Assembly: GCA_913774715.1 (NCBI GenBank)
Contig: CAJYHS010000152.1
Location: 43,886-107,885 of the forward strand
Length of the DNA: 64,000 nucleotides
Reading direction: 5' to 3'
Origin: an uncultured Siphonobacter sp.
GTDB lineage: Bacteria > Bacteroidota > Bacteroidia > Cytophagales > Spirosomataceae
In this document: piece after piece, positions 8,453 to 18,020 of the stretch
How the letters are laid out: each line of letters opens with the position of its first letter
Numbering within the stretch: position 1 is the first letter of the stretch
Program-made: the position numbers and the translations under genes
The notes under the pieces: generated by a model
The model's database searches: none
What the model was told of the DNA's origin: nothing
Seen by the model: the letters and a program-made list of their open reading frames with translations, nothing else

Positions 8453-10120
8453 TTGTATGATAAAGGTTTAACTTATTTGTCTTTGACTATTTTGCGTACC
8501 CCCAATCGGCATTCTATCTTTCATTGGCTTCGGCTGCCCTCACTGTTAAGTGTAGGGCTTCTCCTATTTTTTGTGGGCGTGCCGGAAGTACACGCTCAAA
8601 AGGGTAAAAAAGCGACTCATCGTCAGCAGCCCGCCGGTAAAACCAAAAAAGCTCCTGCTTCCAAAGCTTCAGCTAAAGGGGCTCCTCGCCAGCAAAAACC
8701 AGTAGCTCAAAAGAAGACCGTTTCAAAAAAGACCGTTTCGACGCGCCGGCCGGTAGCGCGTAAATCATCTGCTACGGAAGGCGATGAGATTGTAATCAAG
8801 CAAAGTCGCCAGCAACTCGAGGCTGAAAAACAGCGAAATCAGGAGCGAATTACTGAAATCAACCGCGTACTGGATCAGACCGCGACGAAAAAAACGGCGA
8901 CGTTAACTGAGCTCAAAGCCCTCAACAGTAAGATTGAAACCAAGACCAAACAAATTGATCTGCTCTCCCAGGACATCTCCTTACTGAATACGGAAATGAA
9001 GGGCCTGGCCGTGCAGTCTTCGGGATTAGCCCGGGATTTAAAAAATCTTAAGAAAGAATACGCAGCGATGGTGTTTGCCGCTTCCAAAACGGCTAATACG
9101 TACAACAAATTAAGCTTTCTCTTCTCCGCCAATAGCTTTAACTCCCTGGTGATGCGGTATCAGTACCTGCGTCAGTACACCGATGCCCGCAAAAATCAGG
9201 CCCGGCATATTGAACAGGTCAGAGGGGAGTTGAATACCAAACAGCAGACCATCAAATACAAGCAGGTTCGCAAGAAAGATGTTCTGACGGCTCAGGTGAA
9301 GGAAAGTGAATCCTTGGAGGCCACCAAGGATCGTCAGGCGGTGGTAGTTCAGGAATTAAGCAAGCAGGAAAGTACGCTCAAATCGGAACTCAACGAACGT
9401 CGCAAATCCATTGACCGACTTGATAACATGATTCAGTTGGTCATTGAGCGGGAAATTCGCCGGGCTGCCCGGGAGCGGGAGGAACGCCTTCGCCGGGAGC
9501 GGATTGCCCGTCAGCAGGCCGAAGAACGGGAAGCCGCCGCCAAGGCTCGTGCTGAGGCGGCCGCCAAAGCAGCAGCGGCCCCCACGCCTGAGAAAGCAAA
9601 AGAAATTTTAGACAAAGCCGACGAAGCCTTAGCTAAGGCCCCTTCAGCGGAAGAAGTCGTCAAGAGTAAGGCAGAAGCCCGGGCCATTAGTGCGGCTCCT
9701 GAGTCCGAAGCGGGAGCTACGTTTGGTTCTTCCCGGGGCCGTTTGCCCTGGCCCGTACGTTCAGGCTATATCTCTGAGCATTTTGGCGTGCATTCACCCA
9801 TGCCCGGGATTTCGATGCGGAACCTGGGGGTTGACATCGCTACCAACGTAGGCGAACCCGTCCGGGCCGTTTATGATGGCATTGTCAGAAACGTCACTTC
9901 CATGTCTGGTGTAGGCACGGTCGTCATGATTCAGCACGGAGAATACTTCACTATTTATGCCAAACTAGCCAGTGCATCCGTTTCGGAAGGCCAGCGGGTA
10001 AGTGCCCGGCAGGCTATTGGCACGGCTAAACCCGATCCCGATGGGGGGGCTGAGATTAACTTTCAGGTTTGGAAAGGGAATGGAAAGCTCAATCCTGAAG
10101 GATGGTTAGCCGGTAAATAA
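8453..10120 (+). CDS. M23-family peptidoglycan DD-metalloendopeptidase with long coiled-coil (EnvC-like murein hydrolase activator)
   Basis: The C-terminal LytM/M23 domain reads …GVDIATNVGEPVRAVYDGIVRNV…VMIQHGEYFTIYAKL. The central region is a Lys/Glu/Ala-rich coiled coil. The start is uncertain: TTG at 8453, no in-frame ATG nearby. Confidence 0.8.
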   Translation: MYDKGLTYLSLTILRTPNRHSIFHWLRLPSLLSVGLLLFFVGVPEVHAQKGKKATHRQQPAGKTKKAPASKASAKGAPRQQKPVAQKKTVSKKTVSTRRPVARKSSATEGDEIVIKQSRQQLEAEKQRNQERITEINRVLDQTATKKTATLTELKALNSKIETKTKQIDLLSQDISLLNTEMKGLAVQSSGLARDLKNLKKEYAAMVFAASKTANTYNKLSFLFSANSFNSLVMRYQYLRQYTDARKNQARHIEQVRGELNTKQQTIKYKQVRKKDVLTAQVKESESLEATKDRQAVVVQELSKQESTLKSELNERRKSIDRLDNMIQLVIEREIRRAAREREERLRRERIARQQAEEREAAAKARAEAAAKAAAAPTPEKAKEILDKADEALAKAPSAEEVVKSKAEARAISAAPESEAGATFGSSRGRLPWPVRSGYISEHFGVHSPMPGISMRNLGVDIATNVGEPVRAVYDGIVRNVTSMSGVGTVVMIQHGEYFTIYAKLASASVSEGQRVSARQAIGTAKPDPDGGAEINFQVWKGNGKLNPEGWLAGK

Positions 10121-10144
10121 AAGAATAGAAGTCCTTTAAATAGC

Positions 10145-10183
10145 AAAAAGCCGTTCCTGTCAATTGACAGCGGACGGCTTTTT
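10145..10183. terminator. Bidirectional intrinsic terminator
   Basis: AAAAAGCCGTtcCTGTCAATTGACAGcggACGGCTTTTT: an imperfect hairpin flanked by A5 and T5, lying between convergent genes. Confidence 0.6.
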
Positions 10184-10198
10184 ACCAGGTGGAAGTGA

Positions 10199-10378
10199 TT
10201 ATTTTTTAGAACCCTCTTCGATGTTTTCGATGATTTTCTCAAGCAGTGTCGAATCGGCATTGGGAAAATCAGAATTCTCTCTAGTTTCTACACTGGAAGG
10301 TTCTTCTTGATTGCCTTCGTAATTGGGTTTAGGCTGGGGCGTGGGAGTGACTTTACTCCGTTCTTCATTGGTATTCAT
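10199..10378 (-). CDS. Hypothetical small acidic protein (59 aa)
   Basis: Hand-translated minus-strand ORF MNTNEERSKVTPTPQPKPNYEGNQEEPSSVETRENSDFPNADSTLLEKIIENIEEGSKK. It falls just below the 60-aa cut-off of the ORF track and ends next to the 10145-10183 terminator. No homology recognised. Confidence 0.3.
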   Translation of the reverse strand: MNTNEERSKVTPTPQPKPNYEGNQEEPSSVETRENSDFPNADSTLLEKIIENIEEGSKK

Positions 10379-10829
10379 GGTCGTAAAGGTTTACTTGTTA
10401 TCTAAGTAGGGCTAAAAAACCATACCCAAGTTAATAGATAGAAACAATTTTTTTGTCTCAATGACCCTAACGAAAGCTTGCGTAAATGGATTTTAATTGT
10501 CTGCCGGCCCTCTTATTCTTTACTTAGACAGGAGAAAGAACCGATTCATTAACCGATCCATTCTTATCCATAGAAACGTTTGCAAAGCCTGCTTTAACTC
10601 TGATTTCAATCAGGGCGGAGCAGGCTTTCTTATGCATTATCATTTAGAAAATACCAAATAATAAGTATGTTTTAAAATTCCATGAATGCTAACAATTGCC
10701 AAATTATATTTTTTTAACGTGCGTTGATACTTAAATAACGTATTGATTATTTACGAATATGCCTTTATAAAATTTTTAAAGGTGATTGATATATTTACTG
10801 AAGTTACCCCAAAACCAAAACTACCCTAT

Positions 10830-13800
10830 ATGAAAAAATCTATGTACCTCATCCTCGGGATGATGTGCTGGGCCTGTATGTCCTCTTGGGCCCAAGATCG
10901 CAAAATCACTGGTAAAGTTACGTTTGCCGATGATGGAACGGCCCTGCCAGGGGTCACGGTGCGAATCAAAGACACCGGAACGGGTACCAATACGGATGCC
11001 CGTGGTATGTTTAGCCTTAGTATTTCGGGAAGTGGTACCACGCTGGTTTTCAGTTCGGTGGGTATGATTACTCAGGAAGTAGCGGTGGGTAATCAAACGG
11101 TAATAGATGTAGCGATGGCTTCGGATTCCAAGGGATTACAGGAGGTAGTCGTAACGGCCCAAGGGATTGTCCGCGAAAAGAAAGCTCTGGGCTATTCGGT
11201 TACGACTCTGGAGCAAAAACAGCTTGAAAACCGGCCCCAGCCCGACATTGCCCGGGTATTACAGGGAAAGATTCCGGGCGTAAACATTACTTCTACTTCC
11301 GGCGTATCTGGTACGGGCACAAGCATCAACATTCGCGGATTCTCTTCCATTACGGGTTCTACCCAGCCCTTGTTTGTAGTAGATGGCGTACCCTTTAACT
11401 CCAATACCAACAGCCGGGGTGATTTTACGCAAGGGGGGCAGTCGTCTTCCAGTCGCTTCATGGATCTGGATCCCAACAACATTGAAAACGTAACGGTACT
11501 CAAAGGTCTGGCCGCAACGGTCACTTATGGAGATCAGGGCCGTAACGGGGTCATTCTGGTGACGACTAAGAACGGAACCAAAAAGGCTCGTCCGACGGAG
11601 TTTTCCCTCACGCAGTCTTACTTTACCAACCGGGCTCATTTACCGCATTATACCAACGATTACATCGGCGGCTTTCAGCAAAACCTGGGCTACTTCTTTA
11701 GTAACTTCGGTCCTACGCTCGAGGAAGCCTACGCTTATCCTTCTCAAAACCAAAACACGGCCTTATCGACTCATCCTTACGCTAATTTTTCAAACGCCGC
11801 ACTGCGGGGAGCCTTTGCTGAATACGTGGCTTCTCAAAGTCCTTACCGGATGCAGGTGTATCCTAACAACGTACGTGATTTTTTTCGTACCGGACAGATT
11901 TCCAATACGTCTTTGAATATCTCCGGAGGAACGGACCGGGTTAGCTATAATATCTCGGCGGGATACAATGCCGAGCAGGGCTACATTCCTGGAAACGGTA
12001 TCAAGAAGATCACGCTGGGAACGGGTTTGAATGCTCAGTTAACCAAAAAACTACAGGTGACCACTTCCTTTAATTTTACCAATACCGATCAGTATTCACC
12101 CCCCTTGAGTGGAGGAACGGGTAATAATGCGTTGAACTTTCCTTCGGTACTGGCAAACGTAATGTATACCCCACGTCAGGTAGATTTGATGGGCTGGCCC
12201 TATGAGAACCCAATTGATGGCAGTACGGTCTATTTTAGAAGTGGAAATGATATTCCAAACCCCCGCTGGATTCTTAAAAATTACAAGACGACGGGTCAGG
12301 TAAACCGGATCTTCTCGGCCACTACGTTCACCTTCGATCTGGCTAAAGACCTGACGCTTTTATATAAAGTAGGCTTGGATACCTACATTGAAAAGCAGCG
12401 CTACATGCTTAACAAAGGCGGCGTTTCCTACGTAAATGGCTTTTATGCCACCAACGACATTCAGAATACGATCTGGGACAACAGTATGATTCTTTCCTAC
12501 TCAAAAGCCTTCAGTGACAAGTTTAGTTTTTCGGCTCGCGTAGGTGGAAATATGCGAAATGACTACACGCGTTATTCGGGGGCTACGAGTGAAAACCAGC
12601 TGGCTCGTGATCTATTTCGTCACAGCAATTTTATTAATAACGTTGCTTTTGACAGTGAAGTCGAGCAGACCCGGATGGGTATCTTTGGCGAAGTCACCGC
12701 CGACTTTAATAACTATCTCTTCTTGAATCTGGCGGGTCGTAACGACTGGACTTCTACCGTAGAAATGGCCAATCGCCGGATTTTTTATCCCTCGGCCAGT
12801 CTTTCTTTCGTACCCACGACGGCTTTCGGAATGAAGTCGGATGTCGTTAATTTTCTTAAAGTAAGAGCGGGCGTTGGAACATCCGCTGGTTTTCCTAACC
12901 CTTACTCGACCCGAAACATTCTGGATCAGAATGCACGGGCCTGGCTCTCTTCCAGCGGAACCGCCCTGCAGTCGCAGTCGGTGAATAACAATTTGGGTAA
13001 CCCCAATCTTAAGCCCGAACTACACACCGAATACGAAGCGGGTCTGGAAGGTAAAATCCTGAATAATAAAGTGAGTTTTGATCTGACGGCTTACCGGCGC
13101 ATTACGCGGAATTTAATTACCAATTCCCCCCTGGATGCCTCCACGGGTTACACTGCCACGACGACGAACATTGGTAAGATCAGAAACGAGGGTATCGAGG
13201 CCAGTGTGACGCTAACGCCCATCAGCCGGGGAGATTTTACCTGGAATGCGACGCTGGTGTATAACCGTAGTAAGCCTAAGGTACTAGATCTGGGCGGAGC
13301 ACTTCAGGAAGTGCAAATTTCTGGTTTTGGTGGAACGCTGGGTAACTATGCCGTGGTAGGTCAGCCCTTTAACGTTATTAAAGGTACGGGTTTTCGTCGC
13401 AATGAACAGGGGCAGTACATTGTTGGCGGGGATGGATACTTGCTGGCTACGGCTAGTCCCGTGGTACTGGGAGATCCTAATCCGGCCTTTACCACGAGCT
13501 GGATTAATAGCTTCTCTTACAAAGGGTTTTCGCTTGATTTCATGATTTCGTATCGTCACGGCGGAGCGATGTATTCCACAACGGCAGGGTCGCTGCTGGG
13601 CCGGGGAATGGTAGATCTGGATATGGGAAAGAACGGCGGTTTTGACCGGGCACAGACTGTGATTGTCCCCGGTGTGAAACTAGACGGGACCCCGAATGAT
13701 ATTCAGTTAACGGCCTCGGATTTCTACTTTAATAATTACTATTTCTTTGGCGATGAAGGCCGCATTTACGACGGCTCGACGATTCGTCTGCAGGAGGCTT

Positions 13801-14027
13801 CGCTGTCGTATCAGTTACCGAAAGCCTGGCTTAGTAAGCTGTCTATTAAAGGAGCCTCGCTCTCCTTTACGGGTAACAACCTTTGGTATAGGGCCATTCA
13901 CTTTCCCAAAGGACTCAATTTTGATACCGATAACCTGGGTCTGGGCGTAGGAAACGGGCTGGGTTTTGAATTCCTGACGGGACCGAGTTCCCGCCGTCTG
14001 GGAGGTACCCTTAAGCTAACCTTTTAG
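10830..14027 (+). CDS. SusC/RagA-family TonB-dependent outer membrane receptor
   Basis: The ATG at 10830 gives MKKSMYLILGMMCWACMSSWAQ (signal peptide). Then come a CarboxypepD_reg-like domain (ITGKVTFADDGTALPGVTVRIKDTGTGTNTDARGMFSL), a plug, a large barrel, and a C-terminal …GGTLKLTF. Confidence 0.9.
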   Translation: MKKSMYLILGMMCWACMSSWAQDRKITGKVTFADDGTALPGVTVRIKDTGTGTNTDARGMFSLSISGSGTTLVFSSVGMITQEVAVGNQTVIDVAMASDSKGLQEVVVTAQGIVREKKALGYSVTTLEQKQLENRPQPDIARVLQGKIPGVNITSTSGVSGTGTSINIRGFSSITGSTQPLFVVDGVPFNSNTNSRGDFTQGGQSSSSRFMDLDPNNIENVTVLKGLAATVTYGDQGRNGVILVTTKNGTKKARPTEFSLTQSYFTNRAHLPHYTNDYIGGFQQNLGYFFSNFGPTLEEAYAYPSQNQNTALSTHPYANFSNAALRGAFAEYVASQSPYRMQVYPNNVRDFFRTGQISNTSLNISGGTDRVSYNISAGYNAEQGYIPGNGIKKITLGTGLNAQLTKKLQVTTSFNFTNTDQYSPPLSGGTGNNALNFPSVLANVMYTPRQVDLMGWPYENPIDGSTVYFRSGNDIPNPRWILKNYKTTGQVNRIFSATTFTFDLAKDLTLLYKVGLDTYIEKQRYMLNKGGVSYVNGFYATNDIQNTIWDNSMILSYSKAFSDKFSFSARVGGNMRNDYTRYSGATSENQLARDLFRHSNFINNVAFDSEVEQTRMGIFGEVTADFNNYLFLNLAGRNDWTSTVEMANRRIFYPSASLSFVPTTAFGMKSDVVNFLKVRAGVGTSAGFPNPYSTRNILDQNARAWLSSSGTALQSQSVNNNLGNPNLKPELHTEYEAGLEGKILNNKVSFDLTAYRRITRNLITNSPLDASTGYTATTTNIGKIRNEGIEASVTLTPISRGDFTWNATLVYNRSKPKVLDLGGALQEVQISGFGGTLGNYAVVGQPFNVIKGTGFRRNEQGQYIVGGDGYLLATASPVVLGDPNPAFTTSWINSFSYKGFSLDFMISYRHGGAMYSTTAGSLLGRGMVDLDMGKNGGFDRAQTVIVPGVKLDGTPNDIQLTASDFYFNNYYFFGDEGRIYDGSTIRLQEASLSYQLPKAWLSKLSIKGASLSFTGNNLWYRAIHFPKGLNFDTDNLGLGVGNGLGFEFLTGPSSRRLGGTLKLTF

Positions 14028-14055
14028 ATCTACACTCATCCGAAACGATACAAAG

Positions 14056-15696
14056 ATGATCAAGAAATTAAGTTTCGCCTTGCTGGCGGCACTATCACTG
14101 AGCGTAAGCTCCTGTAAGCTGGATCTGCTCGATAATCCCAATGCCGTAACGACCAGCAATACAGACATCAACTATTTGCTCAACAATATTCAACTGACGT
14201 ATGCTAACCACTTCAATCAGGTAAGTGATCCGGGCATGCGATTAACCCGAATGCTCAATCAGGGGTCGGCTATTTATGAAAATGCCGTTTCCCCGGGTAA
14301 TTACGATGGCATCTGGAATACGGCGTATGCCAGTTTGCTCACCGACATCAAAACGATCATTCCGCTGGCCGAGAGCTCGCAATTGTATGTGCACGCGGGC
14401 ATTGCCCGTACCATGCGGGCTTCGATTCTGTTGAATCTGGTCGATATGTTCGGCGATGTACCTTACTCCGAAGCGATTGATCCGGCCAATTTCAATCCCA
14501 AGGTGGATGCTGGCGCTACCATCTATGAAGTGGCCATCAAGGATTTAAACGATGCCATTGCCAATTTTGCGGCTACTTCGGCCAGCACGCCCTCGAGTGA
14601 TCTGTACTTTTCTGCGAGTAAAGACAGTTGGACGAGAACGGCAAATTCACTGAAGCTAAAGGCTTACCTGAATCGTCGGTTAGTGGATAAAGCGGGGTCA
14701 ACCTCGGCCATTAACGCCCTGATTGCGGAAGGAAAACTCATTTCGACGGCGGCTCAGAACTTTACCTTTAAGTACGGCTCCAATTTGACCAATCCCGATA
14801 CCCGTCACCCTAGATATGGGTATAGCAACACGGGAGCTGGGGATTATCAGTCGAATGCTTACATGGGAACCATGTATTATTCCAAGGGTTTTGTTGACCC
14901 CCGGATGCGGTTTTACTTCTACCGTCAAACCATTAAGAATCCAACGGATGTAAACGCTCTCCGCTGCATCACTAATTCAAAACCTAATCACTTTTCAGCC
15001 ACTGATTTTTTCTGTCTGCCAACGGATGTGGGCTACTGGGGACGCGATCACCTCAACAACGAAGGTATTCCACCCGACGGGTTACTCAGAACGGGCTTTG
15101 GTGTATACCCGGCTGGTGGACTTTATGATAACAATGCCGGAACGGGCGTGTTTTTAGGAGCCGGAGCGGGTGGAGCGGGCATTCAGCCCATTCTCATGCG
15201 TTCATTTGTAGACTTTATGCTGGCTGAATCATCCCTTACGCTGGGTACGACGGGCTCGGCACGCAGTCTTTTGCAATCGGCCGTTGAAAAGTCGATGGCC
15301 GATGTGCGGGCCATGGCTTTAGGGACTACGGAAAGTAGTAAGATCACCACTTTCGAGGCGGCTAACAATATTGTCTGGTCGGATGAAGTCAATAAATACG
15401 TGGCTAAAGTTCTTTCTAACTACGACGCTGCCACCAGTGATGATGCCCGCCTGAACGTGATTGCTACGGAATACTGGCTGGCTTTATACGGCAATGGCAT
15501 GGAAGCCTATAACCTGTACCGCCGAACGGGTAAGCCCGCCAACATGCAACCCGCCTTGGAAGCTAATCCGGGCTCTTTTCCCCGCTCGGTTTATTACCCG
15601 GCTTCCTACATCACTCGTAATGCCAATGCCAAGCAAAAAGCCAGCGTTACCGTGCCCGTTTTCTGGGATACTAACGCAGCGAATCTGTTAAAATGA
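14056..15696 (+). CDS. SusD/RagB-family nutrient-binding outer membrane lipoprotein
   Basis: Lipobox LSVSSC. It lies immediately downstream of SusC and has SusD-like C-terminal motifs (…EYWLALYGNGMEAYNLYRRTGKP…). Confidence 0.85.
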   Translation: MIKKLSFALLAALSLSVSSCKLDLLDNPNAVTTSNTDINYLLNNIQLTYANHFNQVSDPGMRLTRMLNQGSAIYENAVSPGNYDGIWNTAYASLLTDIKTIIPLAESSQLYVHAGIARTMRASILLNLVDMFGDVPYSEAIDPANFNPKVDAGATIYEVAIKDLNDAIANFAATSASTPSSDLYFSASKDSWTRTANSLKLKAYLNRRLVDKAGSTSAINALIAEGKLISTAAQNFTFKYGSNLTNPDTRHPRYGYSNTGAGDYQSNAYMGTMYYSKGFVDPRMRFYFYRQTIKNPTDVNALRCITNSKPNHFSATDFFCLPTDVGYWGRDHLNNEGIPPDGLLRTGFGVYPAGGLYDNNAGTGVFLGAGAGGAGIQPILMRSFVDFMLAESSLTLGTTGSARSLLQSAVEKSMADVRAMALGTTESSKITTFEAANNIVWSDEVNKYVAKVLSNYDAATSDDARLNVIATEYWLALYGNGMEAYNLYRRTGKPANMQPALEANPGSFPRSVYYPASYITRNANAKQKASVTVPVFWDTNAANLLK

Positions 15697-16304
15697 AGGT
15701 AAAATCACTGATAACCAGAGACATGATTGCACTGAAAAATACACTACTGCTGGGTTTGCTGGCGATGGCCATGTTGGCCTGTAAATCCGATATGATTGGC
15801 CGCATTGACGCTGCTGAAATGGAAAATGGCGGCTATGTTCGTACCGTAACACCGTATCCGGTTCTGTCGAGCACTTTTTTCTTCAACAAGGCGGCTCTTT
15901 CAAATACGGCCATGAGCTTTGTGGCCGAAGCCATTACGGCTAATCAGGGAAGCTTCTTTTCTTCTTATGAGTTAACCGTCGGTTTTGTCGATAATACCCG
16001 AAGTCAGGGCAGTAATGCGTCGGTGAATCCCTTGGCTTTGAAATCCATTGCTGCCTCGGCCTTTGCCAAAAACGATACCACGGGTTACCCACGGGCGGTG
16101 ATTTTGGTAACGGCTGCCGAGGCCCTATCGACCTTGAAACTTCCCGCTGACAGTGTAAATGTGGGAGATTACTTTGAAATCCGTGGAACGATGAAACTCA
16201 CCACGGGCCAGAGTTTTAATGCTACTAACACCGGAGTTAATATTACCGGCGGTGCTTTTTATAGTTCGCCCTTTTACTACCGGGTGAATGTGATCAGCCG
16301 TTAA
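15693..16304 (+). CDS. Hypothetical lipoprotein downstream of SusD (possible surface binding protein)
   Basis: The start overlaps the SusD stop (ATGA). Lipobox LAMLACK. No family recognised. An alternative start is at 15723. Confidence 0.55.
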   Translation: MKVKSLITRDMIALKNTLLLGLLAMAMLACKSDMIGRIDAAEMENGGYVRTVTPYPVLSSTFFFNKAALSNTAMSFVAEAITANQGSFFSSYELTVGFVDNTRSQGSNASVNPLALKSIAASAFAKNDTTGYPRAVILVTAAEALSTLKLPADSVNVGDYFEIRGTMKLTTGQSFNATNTGVNITGGAFYSSPFYYRVNVISR

Positions 16305-16337
16305 CAAAAGTACCCCAGTAAACAGACTGTTATCAGA

Positions 16338-16375
16338 CCCATCAAACGTACTTATGTTTGATGGGTTTTCTTTTT
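16338..16375 (+). terminator. Intrinsic terminator of the SusC/SusD/lipoprotein operon
   Basis: CCCATCAAAC-gtacttat-GTTTGATGGG followed by TTTTCTTTTT. Confidence 0.75.
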
Positions 16376-17024
16376 AATCTTATTGATTGATACACGTTAA
16401 TAGGAGGTAAACTATAGGCACTAGATAAGCACTATTTTAAATGATTTTTTATTTAGTAAGCCGAGGGCTTTTCAAATATCGTTTTAACCAAGGCCGTTCT
16501 GGCGATTATACAGGCCTTTGGTGTGGCCTAGATCGCTGCTTTATAAAAGAGAGCTCTGGGCCGGTAAATGGTTACTAGCTTAGAGGAGAGTTAAACCAAC
16601 CCTCTAGCCTGTTGCTGGTTTTAGAACCGGAAGGCAGGTTATATTTTTTTCTATAATAGATTGTAGAGTAAGCGGATAGGTATAGATAGTAATAAAAATA
16701 TAATAGTATAACCCATTGTGCACTTTAAAAAGCTAACGCATCTTTTAGAAGATTGAATGAGTCTGTTGTTGCAAAGGTTGATAGAGTTAAAAATCGACAC
16801 TACACTCATTTGTGTGCTGCAATGCCAATCATACGACTGCTGATTTAAGCTTTACAAAAGCGATAATTTGATCCCTGCTAACTTATGAGCAGTTCATGTA
16901 GGTACCCCATTTTCTCATAGTGAATGAGCAGGAGTCATTAAAAGCTGTTCGAGGCCTATAAACAAGGATTGCTGACGGCTATCTCCGGATGAATGAAAGC
17001 GAAATAGGCATTTGACAAACATTC

Positions 17025-17072
17025 CCTCAGGTGTTTGGGGAGGTAGATTGCTACCTCCCCAAACACCTGAGG
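17025..17072 (-). terminator. 21-bp perfect-stem hairpin directly downstream of the NmrA-like gene
   Basis: CCTCAGGTGTTTGGGGAGGTA-gattgc-TACCTCCCCAAACACCTGAGG lies 18 nt beyond the stop at 17091. No clear U-tract follows. Confidence 0.55.
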
Positions 17073-17090
17073 CTTGCCCTGCCACAACGT

Positions 17091-17987
17091 TTACCTGAGA
17101 AAAGATTGGATGAAATCCAGACTGTTAGTCCAGGTAAGATTAGGATACCGTTCGTTGGCTAACTGTGTATGGTGGGTCGTAAACATCGAGTACATGTATT
17201 GCCCCTGCTGCCATTTGGCGTATAACTCACCTTCTCCGGCAGGGTAATCGGCTCTCTGCTTTTTAATAAAGGCGGCAAAATCTTCGAGACTGGCCAAGGA
17301 CTGTAGTCTGAATTCCTGGTCCGTAGCCACCTTCACATCCTGCCATAAATCCCTAGGACTTACCTGAAAGCTGGCAATCTGTAAGTCCCGCGGACTCTGG
17401 TCATCCAAAGCTACTTCGGCCGTAAAAGCAGCGGTATCATCCATAGTCGTGAAATCCAGTTTCCAGTCGGCTTTATCTCCCCAATACCCAATGCTTTTGT
17501 CTTTCTGGTTTAAAATCGGCGTGTTGTATTGGAGTATATCGGCGAAAGCACCGTTGAAAACAGAAGAAGCCTGAATGGGCATACCGTCAAGGTGCGCTCG
17601 GAATTCCCGCCGTAAATCAAAATTCCGGTTTTCGCCCGGTACCAAATCTGTATAATCGGTACAAAAGTCAGACGGAATAAACCGGGGTACTCCGGCCTGT
17701 AGAGCAGCTTCCAAAATTTTTTTCTGTAAATCGATGATGACCTCACCTAATCCGGCCAGAGCCGATACTACGCAGTGGGAGCCCACCATAGTTTGAGCCA
17801 GAGCGTTTACGTCGTTGAGATCAACTTCCTGAATCACTGCCCCGCTTTGTTGCAGCGTTTTTGTTTTTTCGGGATCCGTAGTGGGTCGCACGATGGCTTC
17901 TACCGTGGCCCCTCTTTGCCGAAGCTCACGGGTAATTCGGTTTCCCAAATTGCCAGTAGCCCCAAATACGATGATTTTCTTTTGCAT
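17091..17987 (-). CDS. NmrA-family NAD(P)-binding protein (isoflavone-reductase-like)
   Basis: N-terminal Rossmann motif IIVFGATGNLGNRITRELRQRG. Length is 298 aa. Confidence 0.75.
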   Translation of the reverse strand: MQKKIIVFGATGNLGNRITRELRQRGATVEAIVRPTTDPEKTKTLQQSGAVIQEVDLNDVNALAQTMVGSHCVVSALAGLGEVIIDLQKKILEAALQAGVPRFIPSDFCTDYTDLVPGENRNFDLRREFRAHLDGMPIQASSVFNGAFADILQYNTPILNQKDKSIGYWGDKADWKLDFTTMDDTAAFTAEVALDDQSPRDLQIASFQVSPRDLWQDVKVATDQEFRLQSLASLEDFAAFIKKQRADYPAGEGELYAKWQQGQYMYSMFTTHHTQLANERYPNLTWTNSLDFIQSFLR

Positions 17988-18020
17988 GATGCGTTCTTGT
18001 CAAAGTGATGTATTAACTCA

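Noticed and set aside
9420-9720. Apparent tandem repetition (…REREERLRRERIARQQAEEREAAAKARAEAAAKAAAA…) inside the M23 peptidase gene.
   Set aside because: It is a low-complexity charged/Ala-rich coiled-coil linker typical of EnvC-like proteins. It is not a DNA tandem repeat with a defined unit.
10063-10260. 65-aa minus-strand ORF overlapping the 3' end of the M23 peptidase gene and the terminator.
   Set aside because: It overlaps a supported gene and a hairpin and has a basic low-complexity sequence. The adjacent 59-aa frame (10199-10378) is the more plausible small gene, if either is real.
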